Assembly (NCBI GenBank): GCA_038087875.1
Contig: CM075989.1
Coordinates: 10,046,001 to 10,110,000 of the forward strand
Origin: Malacoraja senta
Lineage: Eukaryota
Length of the DNA: 64,000 nt
Direction of reading: 5' to 3'
The position numbers and the translations under genes are program-made. How positions within the stretch are numbered: position 1 is the first letter of the stretch; the number at the start of each line of letters is the position of its first letter. Positions 12,957 through 24,555 of the stretch are shown here, in pieces. Below the pieces are notes generated by a model, which saw nothing but the letters and a program-made list of their open reading frames with translations, ran no database searches and had not been told where the DNA came from.

Positions 12957-13258
12957 ATTTAGTTTAGAGATACAGCGTGGAAATAGGCTTTTCAGCCCAC
13001 CGAGCCCGCACTGACCAGCAATCCGTGCACATTAACACAATCTTACTTACACACACTAGGGACAATTTACACTTGTATCAAGCCAATTAACCTGCAAATC
13101 TGTACAGCTTTGGAGTGTGGGAGGAAATCGAGGATCTTGGAGATCTCCCCCCAGTGGGAGAAGTACAAACTACGTACAGACAGCGCTCATAGTTGGGATC
13201 GAACCCGGGTCTCCGCCGCTGCAAGGCAGCAACTCTACCGCTGCGCCACCTTGCCGCT
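12957..13258 (-). mobile_element. HE1-like tRNA-derived V-SINE
   Basis: A-box/B-box head (tggcgcagcgg / ggttcgatcc) and a CR1-shared tail ctgtatctctaaactaaa. Confidence 0.85.
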
Positions 13259-14647
13259 CCATACTAACAGAAAACCACACAAGCATTGGTGGAACTGTAG
13301 ATTCAGTGCAGTGCTGATTCCTGGGGCATGGGACTGATGAAGAAAAGGTTCATCAGGTTGAAATGAATGGGGAGATTACCTTATTGAAACAGGCAGAGAT
13401 CCACAGGGGAGGACACTGTGAGGGGGGGATCACCAGATCTTTAAACTGTAAAGGGAGGGAGTGGGGAGTTGACCAGGATTGGATCAGCCACAACGCTATG
13501 GAGTTGCAGCATAGGCTCAAGGGGCCAATTGACCTACACCACCGGCTAAGCCTTGAGCAACCATTAGATGGGATGATTCACATCTGCAATTCCTCCACCC
13601 TTTCCAGATCAAGATAGGAGAGTTCTTTAAAGACAAATCTTAGCAATGGACAAGTAAATTAATCCTTATGGTGCGGATCCCTGACTGGAAGGAGGAACAC
13701 AATTGGAAGCAGACTTTGTAAATCCCTGCGAGTGTTTCTCTAATAACAGCAGCTTAACCATAAGAACATCGACCACTCCAGCCTGCCCTGGCCTGTTGGA
13801 ACTCTTTGGAGACGGATATATTAAAACTATGACTTGCTTCGCATTCTACTTTGCTTCCCATGGTGTTTAATCTGCACAATCTTACCCCTGACTCAGTCAC
13901 CTAATGACACACAACCACAATCTTCATTTCAACCACTAGGTTCAAAACAGATCCAAACACACAATTGGAAAATAAATCTGTGCACATACTTAGCATAACT
14001 TCAAATGATATGCAAAAAAAAAAAGTATACTTTTCAAATAGTTTTCTTCCCGGAGATTGCAAAGGATTAACTTCAAAAAGAACACTTTGATTTATGTTCC
14101 CCGAAATATTTACTTTGAGGCTGCAGAGACTCGACAAATGAAAGCTTCAGCGGACGTGCAGGGGTTGTTTGCCGGCTTTTCAAGCAAAGCAACGTTGGCC
14201 TCCGAGAGGCCGATACTACAACCAGAAAATGGACGGCTGTTGTGTGGACATTGAGCTGGTATAAAGGTCAGATGCAGTGATGCTACTAAAACTCTCGGCA
14301 TTCAACGGCAAAATTCAGTGAAATTCGGGATTTCTGAACGCGCGCGTTTCACGGCAGAGATCATGTGCCTTGTTGTCAATGATTTTTGCTGTGTTCTCTG
14401 CAGCCGGCTTCACCACATGCAAACTCACTCAGCAATCAATCAAAACCATCAAAACCCCAGTCAACATGAACTAACACCTTGCTGGGTGTGGGTTGCCTGC
14501 CCAGTTTCAAACATATCATGGTTACTAATACTCATTAACACTAAAGGGGAAAGGCTTGCATTTTGATTGCACCTTTCATCACTTGAATCCATAAATACTA
14601 TTGATGTCACTTCTGTAATGCTGAAAACATAACCTGAAGCAGGAGAA

Positions 14648-15705
14648 GATGCAAAGTGCTGGAGTAATTCAGCAGGTCAGGCAGCATCTCTGGAGGACAT
14701 GCGCAGGTGACGTTAAATCAGGACCCTTCTTTGTGCCACCTCCAATGGGATCCCACCACTAGCCATATTTTTCCATCTCCACCCCTTTCCGCCATCCGCA
14801 ACTCCCTGTTTAACTCATCCCTTCCTACCCAAACCACCCCCTCCCCAGGTACCTTCCCCAGCAACCGCAGAAGATGCAACACCTGTCGCTACACCTCCTC
14901 CCTCGACTCTGTCCAGGGACCCCGACAGTCCTTTCGGGTTAGGCAGAGGTTCACTTGCACCTCCTCCAACCTCATCTACTCTATCCATTGTTCAAGATGT
15001 GGACTCTTATACATTGGCGAGACCAAACGCAGACTGGGCGATCAGTTCGCGGAATACCTTCGCTCAGTCTGCCCGAACCTACCAGATCTCCCAGTTGCTG
15101 GAAACTAAAACCTCCCGAGGCTAAACGCAAATTGGAGGAACAGCATCTCATATTTTGTTTGGGCAGCTTACAGCCCAGTGGAATGAATATTGATTTCTCT
15201 CACTTCAGGTAGCCCCGGCATTCCCTCTCTCTCTATCCCTCCACCACCCAAGTCACACCAGCTTCTCATTTTCACCCTATAAACAGCTAACAATGACCTG
15301 TTTCCTTTATCATCATTACTTTTTTTGCATATCTTTCATTCATTGTTCTTTATCTCTCCACATCACTGTCTATATCTCTTGTTTCCCTTATCCCTAACCA
15401 CTGAAGGGTCTCGACCTGAAACGCACCCATTTCTTCTCTCCAGAGATGCTGCCTGTCCCGCTGAGTTACTCCAGCTTTTTGTGTCTATCTTCAGTTTAAA
15501 CCAGCATCTGCAGTACCTCCATACACATTTAGTCTGAAGAAGGATCCTGACCCAAAACGTCATCTATCCATGTCCTCCAGAGATGCGACAGAAGTGACAT
15601 CAATTCAATAGTATTATGTATTCAAGTTCTCCAAAGATGCTATCTGACCCTTTGACTTTTGTGTCTTTTTTTGCAAACCAGCGTCTGCGGTTCCTTGTGT
15701 CTATA
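14648..15705 (+). mobile_element. Penelope-like element: GIY-YIG endonuclease remnant, tandem pLTRs and an inverted 5' pLTR
   Basis: RCNTC...FTCTSSNLIY..HCSRCGLLYIGETKRRLGDQFAE motif, with pLTR repeats downstream and an inverted copy upstream. Confidence 0.88.
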
Positions 15706-16159
15706 TTTTACTGATACAGGAAGCCATTGAGGCAGTGCTCCTGCTCATCCATTCAATGAAATTGTGGCTGATCTTTTACCTCACTTCCCTATTCTAGCCC
15801 CCATATCTCCCCCCCTCCCCTCCCCGCTCCCTAATCCTTCATTAAAAGACAAACCTATCCAATAATTTTAAAAACAATCCTGCCCTCATCACTCCCCTCT
15901 GAGTGAAGACACTTTGACAAACAGCACGGAGAAGACCCTACGCCCAACTTGCCAATACCGACCTGGATGCCATTATCTACACTAGTCCCACCTAGCTGCG
16001 TTTCTGCCCATATCTCTCTAGACCTTTCTTGTCCAAATAATTTTTTCTTGTCCCCGTCCTGAATAGTCACATTTTTATTTGGAGACTGTGACGCCCTGGT
16101 TCCACATGCACCAGACAGGGAAAACATCAGCTCTGCATCTATCCTGCAAACTCAAAGCA

Positions 16160-16420
16160 AATGTGAGAGAACGTTTAACAGAGATTTAAGAGGCAAGTTT
16201 TGTTACTTTTTTTTTTAAACCCACACAGAGTGGCGGGTGCCTGGAACGCATTGCCAGGAGTGGCGGTGGAAGTTGATATGACAGTGACGTTCAGGAGGCA
16301 TTTAGACAGATGCATGAACAGGCAGGGAACAGAGGGACATGGTCCACATGGAGACAGACTGGATTAGTTTAAAATTGGCATCATCGTCAGCAGACATGCG
16401 GGGCCAAAAGGGTCTGTTCT
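16160..16420 (+). mobile_element. CR1 3' fragment
   Basis: acacagagtggcgggtgcctggaacgcattgccagg. Confidence 0.7.
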
Positions 16421-18119
16421 ACATACATCTTAATTATGTCCTCAGATAGGGAGCCCAGACAGATACACAATATTCCAGGCATGGTTTCATCAAGCCCATG
16501 CATAATTTCACAAAGACTCTTGGATTGCAAACCTCTTGCATGAAGAGCCAACATGCCTTCCTAATTGCTTGTCTGTTCACTTTCAGTGTACAAGGACACC
16601 CAGGGCCCTCTGAACACCAAATCTGCGCTGCATTTAAAAACTGCTTTTCTGCTGCCCTTTAAACACATCAAGCCCCAGAGGAGGATAAGCACCAAGGAAC
16701 CACTGCAGCGGTGTTAGTCATGGCATTAAGCATCGGCCAGTACACCAGGCAGAACTCCACTGCTCTTTTTCCAATTAGTTACTTGCAACCTTCATTCTCT
16801 AATTGTGAGAGCAAAAGGGTTCTAAGTCCAAACTCTCAATCTAAGGGGTCAGCACCCCTGGCTGTGCACCTGTATTGCAGTGACCTGACAAAACTGCATT
16901 TGGTGCTGAAATCAGAGCGGGATTTGAACCCATAACCTTCTGAGGTTGATAGAGAAGTCCATCAATTCACAGCTGACATCTTGCGTTCTCTCTGTTTCAG
17001 CCAACGTCAGTAGCCCCAATAAAACTCCACGTGTCTCCATCTCTGCCTCCAGCCAGTCTGACTCTCCATGGTCTGGTAAGTAACTGATACCAAAACTGAA
17101 CAGAGGTGACAATAGGAAGCGCTACTTCCCCCTGAAGAAATCCATGGAGCTTGGCAAACTAATGAAAACCGACCAAACGTTTGTTATCTAAGAATGCTGT
17201 GGTTCGAAGAGAGCACTTGGTGCTGTGAAACAGATGGGCCTTGATTTGACTGATGAGTAACAAGAGGTAAGGAGCATACTGGCCTTCTCTTCTTCCTATG
17301 ATCTTATATTCCAGCCCAATTCCTCTGGTTGTGGGAGTTGTGTCAACTACAAGTTGGAGTTGACCATCTGTGATGCCCCAACCCAGGGGCTTATTGGATG
17401 ATCCCAAACTCATCCCCTCAACAATTCACAACCAGGAGAGTTACAGAAAACTCTCTCTCTTCGTGCCCAGAGTAGACAAATATTATTGCGGCACTATGGA
17501 CAGAGCTACAACAACTATTGTTTATGCCTGTCCGTGTTTGAGCGATAGATTCCATTAGGCGCTTATCTGCCTAATGGTTTGAGGCAGAACCAGGCAGCCT
17601 GACCCGATTCGAACTGGACTCAACTGCATATCAGATTCGGCCCAGGGCTGGTGTCTACACCAGTCCACAATATTCGGGTTTAACTGGTTCAGGACCGGAT
17701 GGGATGTCCTGCCCAGCTTGTCCATGTGTCAACAACTCACCTAAGGCTTCTGCACCCACAGCGAGGGCCTGCTGAGGGCAGGCAGGGTTGGCAATGTAAC
17801 GACAGGCACCAGTTTGTAGGGGGCAAATGAAGCACAGGAAGGCCCCACACTGCCCACGTCCCATCGTGGATCAGGAAGTCAGGTCCCAGAGTTGTCTGCC
17901 CCTCATTCAGACGTTTCAGCAGTCTAGGCATGGACAGGTGGCCAGGAAACAAAGGGCTTCCATGGGAAGGGGAAAGACATCGACCCTCCTCCAACAGATC
18001 ACCCTCCCTGGACCCTGATGCTGCTCCGTGCATCGTCTGAGGACTACCATGGTGCCTGGGGAGGGGGATTTATCCTTCTCCCTCTAGGGGAAAGGAAGAA
18101 ATCACAAAAGATGAGCTTA

Positions 18120-18475
18120 ATGTACAAAATTATGAGAGAAATAGGTCGGGTAGATGCACAGAGTTTCTTGCCGATAGTAGGGGAATCAAGAACCAGAATA
18201 CAGAGGTCTAACGTGAGGGGTGAAAATTTTAATAGGAACCGAAGGAGTAACTTTTTCACACAAAGCATGTAAAAGGGTACATGGAATAGGCTGCCAGAGG
18301 AGGTTGAGGCAGGTACCACCACAACGTTTAAGAAGCATACAGACAGACAGGTACATAGATAGGTTTAGAGGGACATGGACCAAGCGCAGACAGGTGGGAC
18401 TAGTGTAGATGGGACATGTTGGTCCTCATGGGCAAGTTGGGCTGAAGGGCCTGTTTCCATGCTGTATGACTCTAG
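18120..18475 (+). mobile_element. CR1 3' fragment
   Basis: YKIMREIGRVDAQSFLP...FFTQ and the standard tail. Confidence 0.85.
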
Positions 18476-18763
18476 CTGTCCGTTTGTGTCAAGATCACCA
18501 AGCAGTTTAAAATGAACCAACCCACCAATAGAACCAAATGGACAAAGCAACACTCTGCACACAAAGTTGAGAAATTGAGTGACATGACAAGAATTATTTT
18601 GCCGTTATTTAACTGAAGGTTATTTTCTTCCAGGGTGCTACCTCCTTAAAACATCTGGCCAAGCATTTGGTCCAAAATCTAAAGACTTGTGATGGCTCAA
18701 TGCCAGGTGTTGTTTGATCCCATTCCTGTGTAGAACCTTCAGATGTTTTTTCTGCAATAAAGG

Positions 18764-19168
18764 CTCTCGGCTCAGTACTTCAACTCCCCCTCCCATTCCG
18801 AATCCGACCTTTCTGTCCTGGGCCTCCTCCATGGCCAGAGTGAGGACCACCGGAAATTGGAGGAGCAGCACCTCATATTTCGCTTGGGCAGTTTGCACCC
18901 CAGCGGTTTGAACATTGACTTCTCTAATTTCAGGTAGTCCTTACTTTCTCCTCCCCTTCTCAGCTCTCCCACAGCCCACTGGCCCCACCTCTTCCTTTCT
19001 TCTTCCTGCACCCCCCCCCCCACCCACCCTCACATCAGTCTGAAGAAGGGTTTCGACCCGAAACGTCGCCTATTTCCTCCGCTCCATTGATGCTGCCTCA
19101 CCCGTTCAGTTTCTCCAGCATTTTTGTCCACCTTCGATTTTCCAGCATCTGCAGTTCCTTCTTAAACA
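18764..19168 (+). mobile_element. Penelope-like 3' fragment with pLTR
   Basis: KLEEQHLIFRLG..P.GLNIDF coding end, followed by a pLTR with an intact hammerhead core. Confidence 0.85.
19040..19067 (+). ncRNA. Minimal type-I hammerhead ribozyme motif
   Basis: CUGAAGA-A-GGGU(UUCG)ACCC-GAAA-CG-UC; stem I is weak. Confidence 0.6.
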
Positions 19169-19454
19169 CTCCCTGAATCCTATTTGTTGAAAATGCAGGT
19201 TCTTCGTTGAACTTCTACAGCTAAAAATGTGCAAGAATTTTGACAGGAACTTTCGGAATTCCAAGAGATTATTTGAAAGGAAGAACCGGTTCCAGTGGCG
19301 GAGGAGATGGTGAGCAAAGAACACAGATTGTGGTGAAGAGAATAAAGCCCAGCTAAAAGATGAGAGGAATTAAATGATCCGGTCAAATGTTGTATTCTGC
19401 AACGTTATGACTCAATAATTAGATTCAGTTATAACTTTCAGACGACTTCTGGAT

Positions 19455-19680
19455 GAATTCAGTTTCAGTTCAGTTTAGTTTATTGTCACGTGTACCGAGG
19501 TACAATGAAAAGCCTTTGTTGCATGCTATCCAGTCAGCAGAAAGACAACACATGATTGCAATCGAGCCATTTACAGTGTATAGATACATGATAAGGGAAT
19601 AACATCTAGTGCAAGGTAAAGTCAGCAAAGTGTGATCAAGGATAGTTCCGAGGGTGACCAAAAAGGTAGATAGTAGTTCA
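19455..19680 (-). mobile_element. Rex1-type 3' tail fragment
   Basis: Reverse complement of ttttcattgtacctcggtacacgtgacaataaa(ctaaa/ctgaa)n. Confidence 0.7.
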
Positions 19681-20394
19681 TGACTTCAAGAGAAAATATG
19701 TTCGCGATGTTGGGGGGAAGATCACTTTTCAATATAGCGACACTAAGAAATTGGAATCTCCAAAACGAAGACCTCCTAATAAACACGTCATGCAGCATCT
19801 GTGGAGGGAAATGGACAATGGTCTGAAGAACGGCCCCAGACCAAAAACATAGTAATGTCTATTCCCTCTACAGATGCTGCCTGTTCTGGTGAGTTACTCC
19901 AGCACTTTATGCTCCAGGTACAATGGGCCAAATGGTCACCTTCCATGCTGCATTGCTATATTAGCGGGTGTGGAATGCCCTGTCCCAGTACTGACAGAGA
20001 CGATACAACAGCTGCTCAGCTTCCTCTGCACTCATCCCTCTGAACTGTTTCTATAGCGTTCAAAAGATTTGGAATAATTCATTTCATAGCAAATAATCTA
20101 AACTTGCCTAAACAAAACATAAAACTGATATTTTTAGAATATTGACAGGGAAACATTCACCATCAAAGGCAAGGAAGAGACTTCCGCCTGGTGCTTGTGT
20201 TTCCTGGTTAGAGTGTGGCTGGGATGGGTCTCAGAATAGCACAATATTCGGATCTCAGACAAAATGTTGGTCCAATATATGCAATGGCTCAAACATTCTT
20301 GAAGATTACTTTGTATTCTCAGCCACTCCACACAAACCCTCACTATCAATTCCTTCTCCCCCGTCCACTATCATTGATTATAGCTTCGCCTGGG

Positions 20395-20688
20395 ATGGCA
20401 CAGTGGCGCAGTGCTGCCTGACTGCGCCAGAGACCAGAGTTCGATCCTGACCTCGGGTGCTGTCTGTACAGAGTTTGTACATCCTCCCTGTGACCGCGCG
20501 GGTTTCCTCCAAGTGCTCCGGTTTCCTCCCACGTTCCAAAGATGTGTAGGTTTGTAGGTTAATTCGCTTCAGTAAAAAAAAAAAAAAAAAATCTTTAGTG
20601 TATGGGATAGTACTGGTGTACGGGGTGATCCTTGGCCAGCGTGGACTCAGTGGGCCGAAGGGTATGTTTCTGCGCTGTATCTCTAAAT
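20395..20688 (+). mobile_element. HE1-like V-SINE
   Basis: tRNA head, V-domain ctccggtttcctcccac.ttccaaaga and CR1 tail. Confidence 0.88.
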
Positions 20689-20689
20689 T

Positions 20690-20782
20690 GGGGGAGGGAG
20701 AGGGGGAGGGAAGAGAGGGGGGGGAGGAGAGCGGGGGGAGGAGAGGGGGGAGGAGAGGAGAGGGGGGAGGGGAGGGGGGGAA
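20690..20782 (+). repeat. Homopurine G-rich tract
   Basis: ~90 nt of almost pure G/A. Confidence 0.9.
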
Positions 20783-22214
20783 GATTCCCTTTCGCATTGG
20801 TTTCATAAACTGAACATTTCCTCAGGAAGAGGAACCATCATCTCCCATTGAATATCTATTTGCCTCCAGTTATGATCTCAGCAAAACACTTATCCAGCTT
20901 TTGAAACATTGATCATGTATGTAGATACTGATGGAATTTGCTCAATTTATCATCTTTGATGAAAGATACAACATTGGGGTAATGCTCCTCACCAGCCTGA
21001 ATGTGTTCATGATGGAATGAACAGTCCTTTTTTTTCCCCTTTTACCATTTTGTCTATGTTTTCATGTTGGTTCTAAACTAGGATGAGAGGGTCATGGAGA
21101 TAAAGAGTCTTGGTTTATTGAAACCCCTTATTGTTTATGTGCCACAATTTCATGAAAAACACCGAGAGCCCATTTTCCACTTTTCGCAAAGCTTTTGTGA
21201 ACATTTGCGCCCATACAAAATGCACAACCTGTCCACCAATAGCAAGAGGACAGGAGCGAATCGCTCAAGAGCAGATTCGTTGCATATTTTGCAATCTAAA
21301 TTTAGCCTCCACTTGCCTCCAGATACAGTTGCATTTTCCAATCACAGGTGCTAGCCATAAATCTCTTAAGTGTCAAGTTAACCTCACTTCCAATTCTCAC
21401 ACACCCTGCAGACTGACTGGTTACTGTGGCCAGTTGTTCAAATTTTTACTAATATTTAGGAGTGAGAACCGCAATATAATTGATATTCCTATAAATAGTA
21501 AAGGTCGTGTTCTCTGTTAATACTTCTCATAAAGATTGCCCAAAGCTGGTATTTATTCAATACTATGTTTTATTGTTTTTAAATTTCATTTACATGACTG
21601 GGGATCTGGTGGAATTGAACTGGAAATCAATTAATTCTATAAAAATGTGGTACATGGCAAGTAACAAAATTAACACAAGAACCCATTGGTCTATGAAATG
21701 CCTTTAATGAGTGGAATTTGCAATCCTTACCCATCTACAACTTTCTAATCAGTGTGGTGGTTGATTCTTAACTGACCGTTTGAAATGCCAGAGTAAACTG
21801 CTCAGGAATCGGGGAATAAAAGCAACACCCACTCACCTTGAATGAACACCTCTAAAACTCCTATTCACATTCAATTACAGTGAGAAAGCTCACCCCCCAA
21901 TGCCAGCGAGGTCCATGGTTAATTGGCAGACCCATCACTGCACTTCAATAAAAATCCCTGTGTAGCGCAGTTGGTTCATCAGTCTTTCTGCCTCTTCAGT
22001 TCTGGCATGGTTTCAAGGTTTTCTAGGCTTTATACTGTCTAAGAGAGGTCATTCCTCAGGGCAAGACAATTACAGCTAGTGCTTTCATATTTCACTTAGT
22101 GAGCATTGATATCAGATGGCCTTGACAGCAAGGTACAAGGCTAGAAAAGGACAGCAGGAACTGGAGCAGGCCTTTCAGCCCTTTGAACCTATCCTACAAT
22201 TAATATATTTAGAG

Positions 22215-22430
22215 GCGTAGAGTCTTACAACATGAAAACACCACCTTCGGCCCAACTTGTCTATTCTGACCAAGAAGCCCCATCTATACTAGACTAGATA
22301 TGGATCCCTTTCAACCTTTTCTATCCATGTACTGTCCAAATGCCTTTTCAATGTTGTTACAGCTCCTGCCTCAACTACCTCCTCTGGCAGCTCGTTCCAT
22401 ATAAACCACCCACCACCCTCTGTGTGAACA
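22215..22430 (-). mobile_element. CR1 3' fragment
   Basis: Reverse complement of a CR1 end (cctcaactacctcctctggcagctcgttcca). Confidence 0.8.
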
Positions 22431-22522
22431 TTTGATGGATTAAGCTCAGGATTGAACATTTCAAACATGATACAAATATATCATCATCAGTCCTGAAGAG
22501 ACTGACTAATTTTAATGTTACA

Positions 22523-23054
22523 CTAGACCAAGTACAGACCCGTTGGGTCTGCTCCCACGACGCAATATTCCAGCACTCACCACGGACGGGCGTGGACCAG
22601 AGGACCCGAGCGAGGCCGCGGGCGGGCGTGGACACGAGCGAGGCCTCACGGCCGCGGTCTCGATGCCTCCTTGATGGCCGCGTAAACCCCAGCCAGGGCG
22701 TCGTGCGTAGAAGCCCAGGTCGGAAAAAGCAGAACGTTAATTTAAATGCAGCCGTCCCCTTGACATCACTGGAAGCAGGTGACCGCCCACCACCCCTTTG
22801 TGACGTCACTCGAAGCAGGTTGAAGGTTTGCCGTTTAAAAAGTTGGGTTTTGCTTCTTTTTTTTAAAACGCTACATGTTGTGAAATATAGCATGTAATGT
22901 GAAGTGAAGCAGTTTAATTTGTCGAAGTGGTTAATGTGATTAATAATGTGTGTACAATTCTGCGCCAGCGAGTGGCGTTTTGACGAAGGTAGAAAGACAC
23001 AGACGACACACACGCACGTATACATACAAGATGAGACTTTTAATAGTATAGAGA
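22523..23054 (-). mobile_element. Non-autonomous Helitron
   Basis: On the minus strand: 5' TCTCTATACTATTAAAA, 3' hairpin cagaccc-aac-gggtctg 8 nt before the terminal CTAG, inserted between host A and T, no TSD. Confidence 0.85.
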
Positions 23055-23615
23055 TCTCCTAGTTTTAACTCCTCCTTCTTCTCAGTCCCCCATGTAAATA
23101 CAGATTGTTCAGACTGAACCCATAAATTAATCCAATTGCTTGGCATTGCTCAAAGCATTACCAACTCCTATAATCACATCGACATTGCATGCACCACCAC
23201 CCATATGAGTCACGTATTTAGACCACAGGAGGAAGGGTTTGTAAGTAAATACACTAATAAATCACGATTACTCAAACACAGCAACACAACTTAGACCAGT
23301 TATTTGTGCAGTAATGTAATGAAACTTTGAAATTATTCCACTCTTGAGGCCACTGGAGACCATTATTTCTAAAACTTTCTTTGGGAAATACACACAGATA
23401 TTAATATGCTCAACCAAATATGGTCAAATCTGTTGATTGTTGTAAATGATGGTCTTAAGAAGATGTGATCAGCAAAAAATGGCTTGTATTGTTAATAATC
23501 TGCACCGAAGCCACAGGTTGACAGCAATGGATCTTTTAACATTCCCGTTCTTGCACAAGTTTGTTCTTTACATAAACCATATCATGTCAATAATGAGTGA
23601 TAAAAGAGCCAGTTT

Positions 23616-24550
23616 AGCATTCCCTCAAGGGTGATCTGCAATTGATACCAATCATGGGCGGCTTCCATTTGCACAACACCTCGATCTATAAACTAAGATT
23701 AAAACTTGAGCAAGATCTTTCTTGCAGCAACAGTCCTACTTGGCTGGGATTTTTTTAACGAAAACATTTGACTCCTTAGTTGTTCAACAATTGAATAAGA
23801 AAGAAAAGAAAGCTTTGGTGCCCGACCCTGGCATTAACCGTTGATGGATGGATGCCACTGAGGTAGGCTTCTGGCTTCTGGCACAGCAACACAATATAAC
23901 ATGGATGAAAAGCAAATGGGTTGGTATCTAAATAAACAAACCACAGGACAGGAAGATGGGGCGGGGGGGGGGGGGGGGGGGGGGTGATAATTGGAACATG
24001 ACTTTGCATTCTCCTCAAGTGATTTCATTTGCAGAGGTTTCCACTCCTGGTCAGTCGTGCTACAACCAGAACAAGTCCTGGATTCCCTGCATCTGGGGAA
24101 TTGGGAGCTCTGGTTTCATTGTTTTGGGATGGGCAGATTAGAGTTGAGAGCATTAAGGTAAACTTGGCTGGGAATTCATTGCTTGATTTGTGTTAAACAG
24201 TCAAAGGTGCACGGAGGTCTACTTCTGAAATTTGAATTTCAGAAGTAAATTTGAATTTCAGAAGTTTAATCAGAGTGAAATCATTTTCACTGGTTGACAG
24301 GGAGACAAAAATGCTGGAGAATCTCAGCGGGTGAGGCAGCATCTATGGAGCGAAAGAATAGGTGACGTTTCGGGTCGAGACCCTTCTTCAGACTGATTCA
24401 CTGGTTGACGAGTCTCAAGGCAGGAGATTAAAAGACTTGAAGGTAGACAAAGGTGCTGGAGAAACTCAGAGGGTGCGGCAGCATCTATGGATTCACAGGA
24501 TTGAAGTAAAGAAACACACACACACACACACACGAATAATAAAAATGACA
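23616..24550 (+). repeat. Direct duplication, copy 1
   Basis: Near-identical to 26995-27908. Confidence 0.95.
24364..24391 (-). ncRNA. Minimal hammerhead motif on the SMAD3 sense strand
   Basis: Minus strand reads CUGAAGA-A-GGGU(CUCG)ACCC-GAAA-CG-UC. Confidence 0.6.
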
Positions 24551-24555
24551 AAAAT

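Noticed and set aside
22375..23025. 216 aa ORF
   Set aside because: Spans a Helitron and a CR1 fragment; no recognisable domain.
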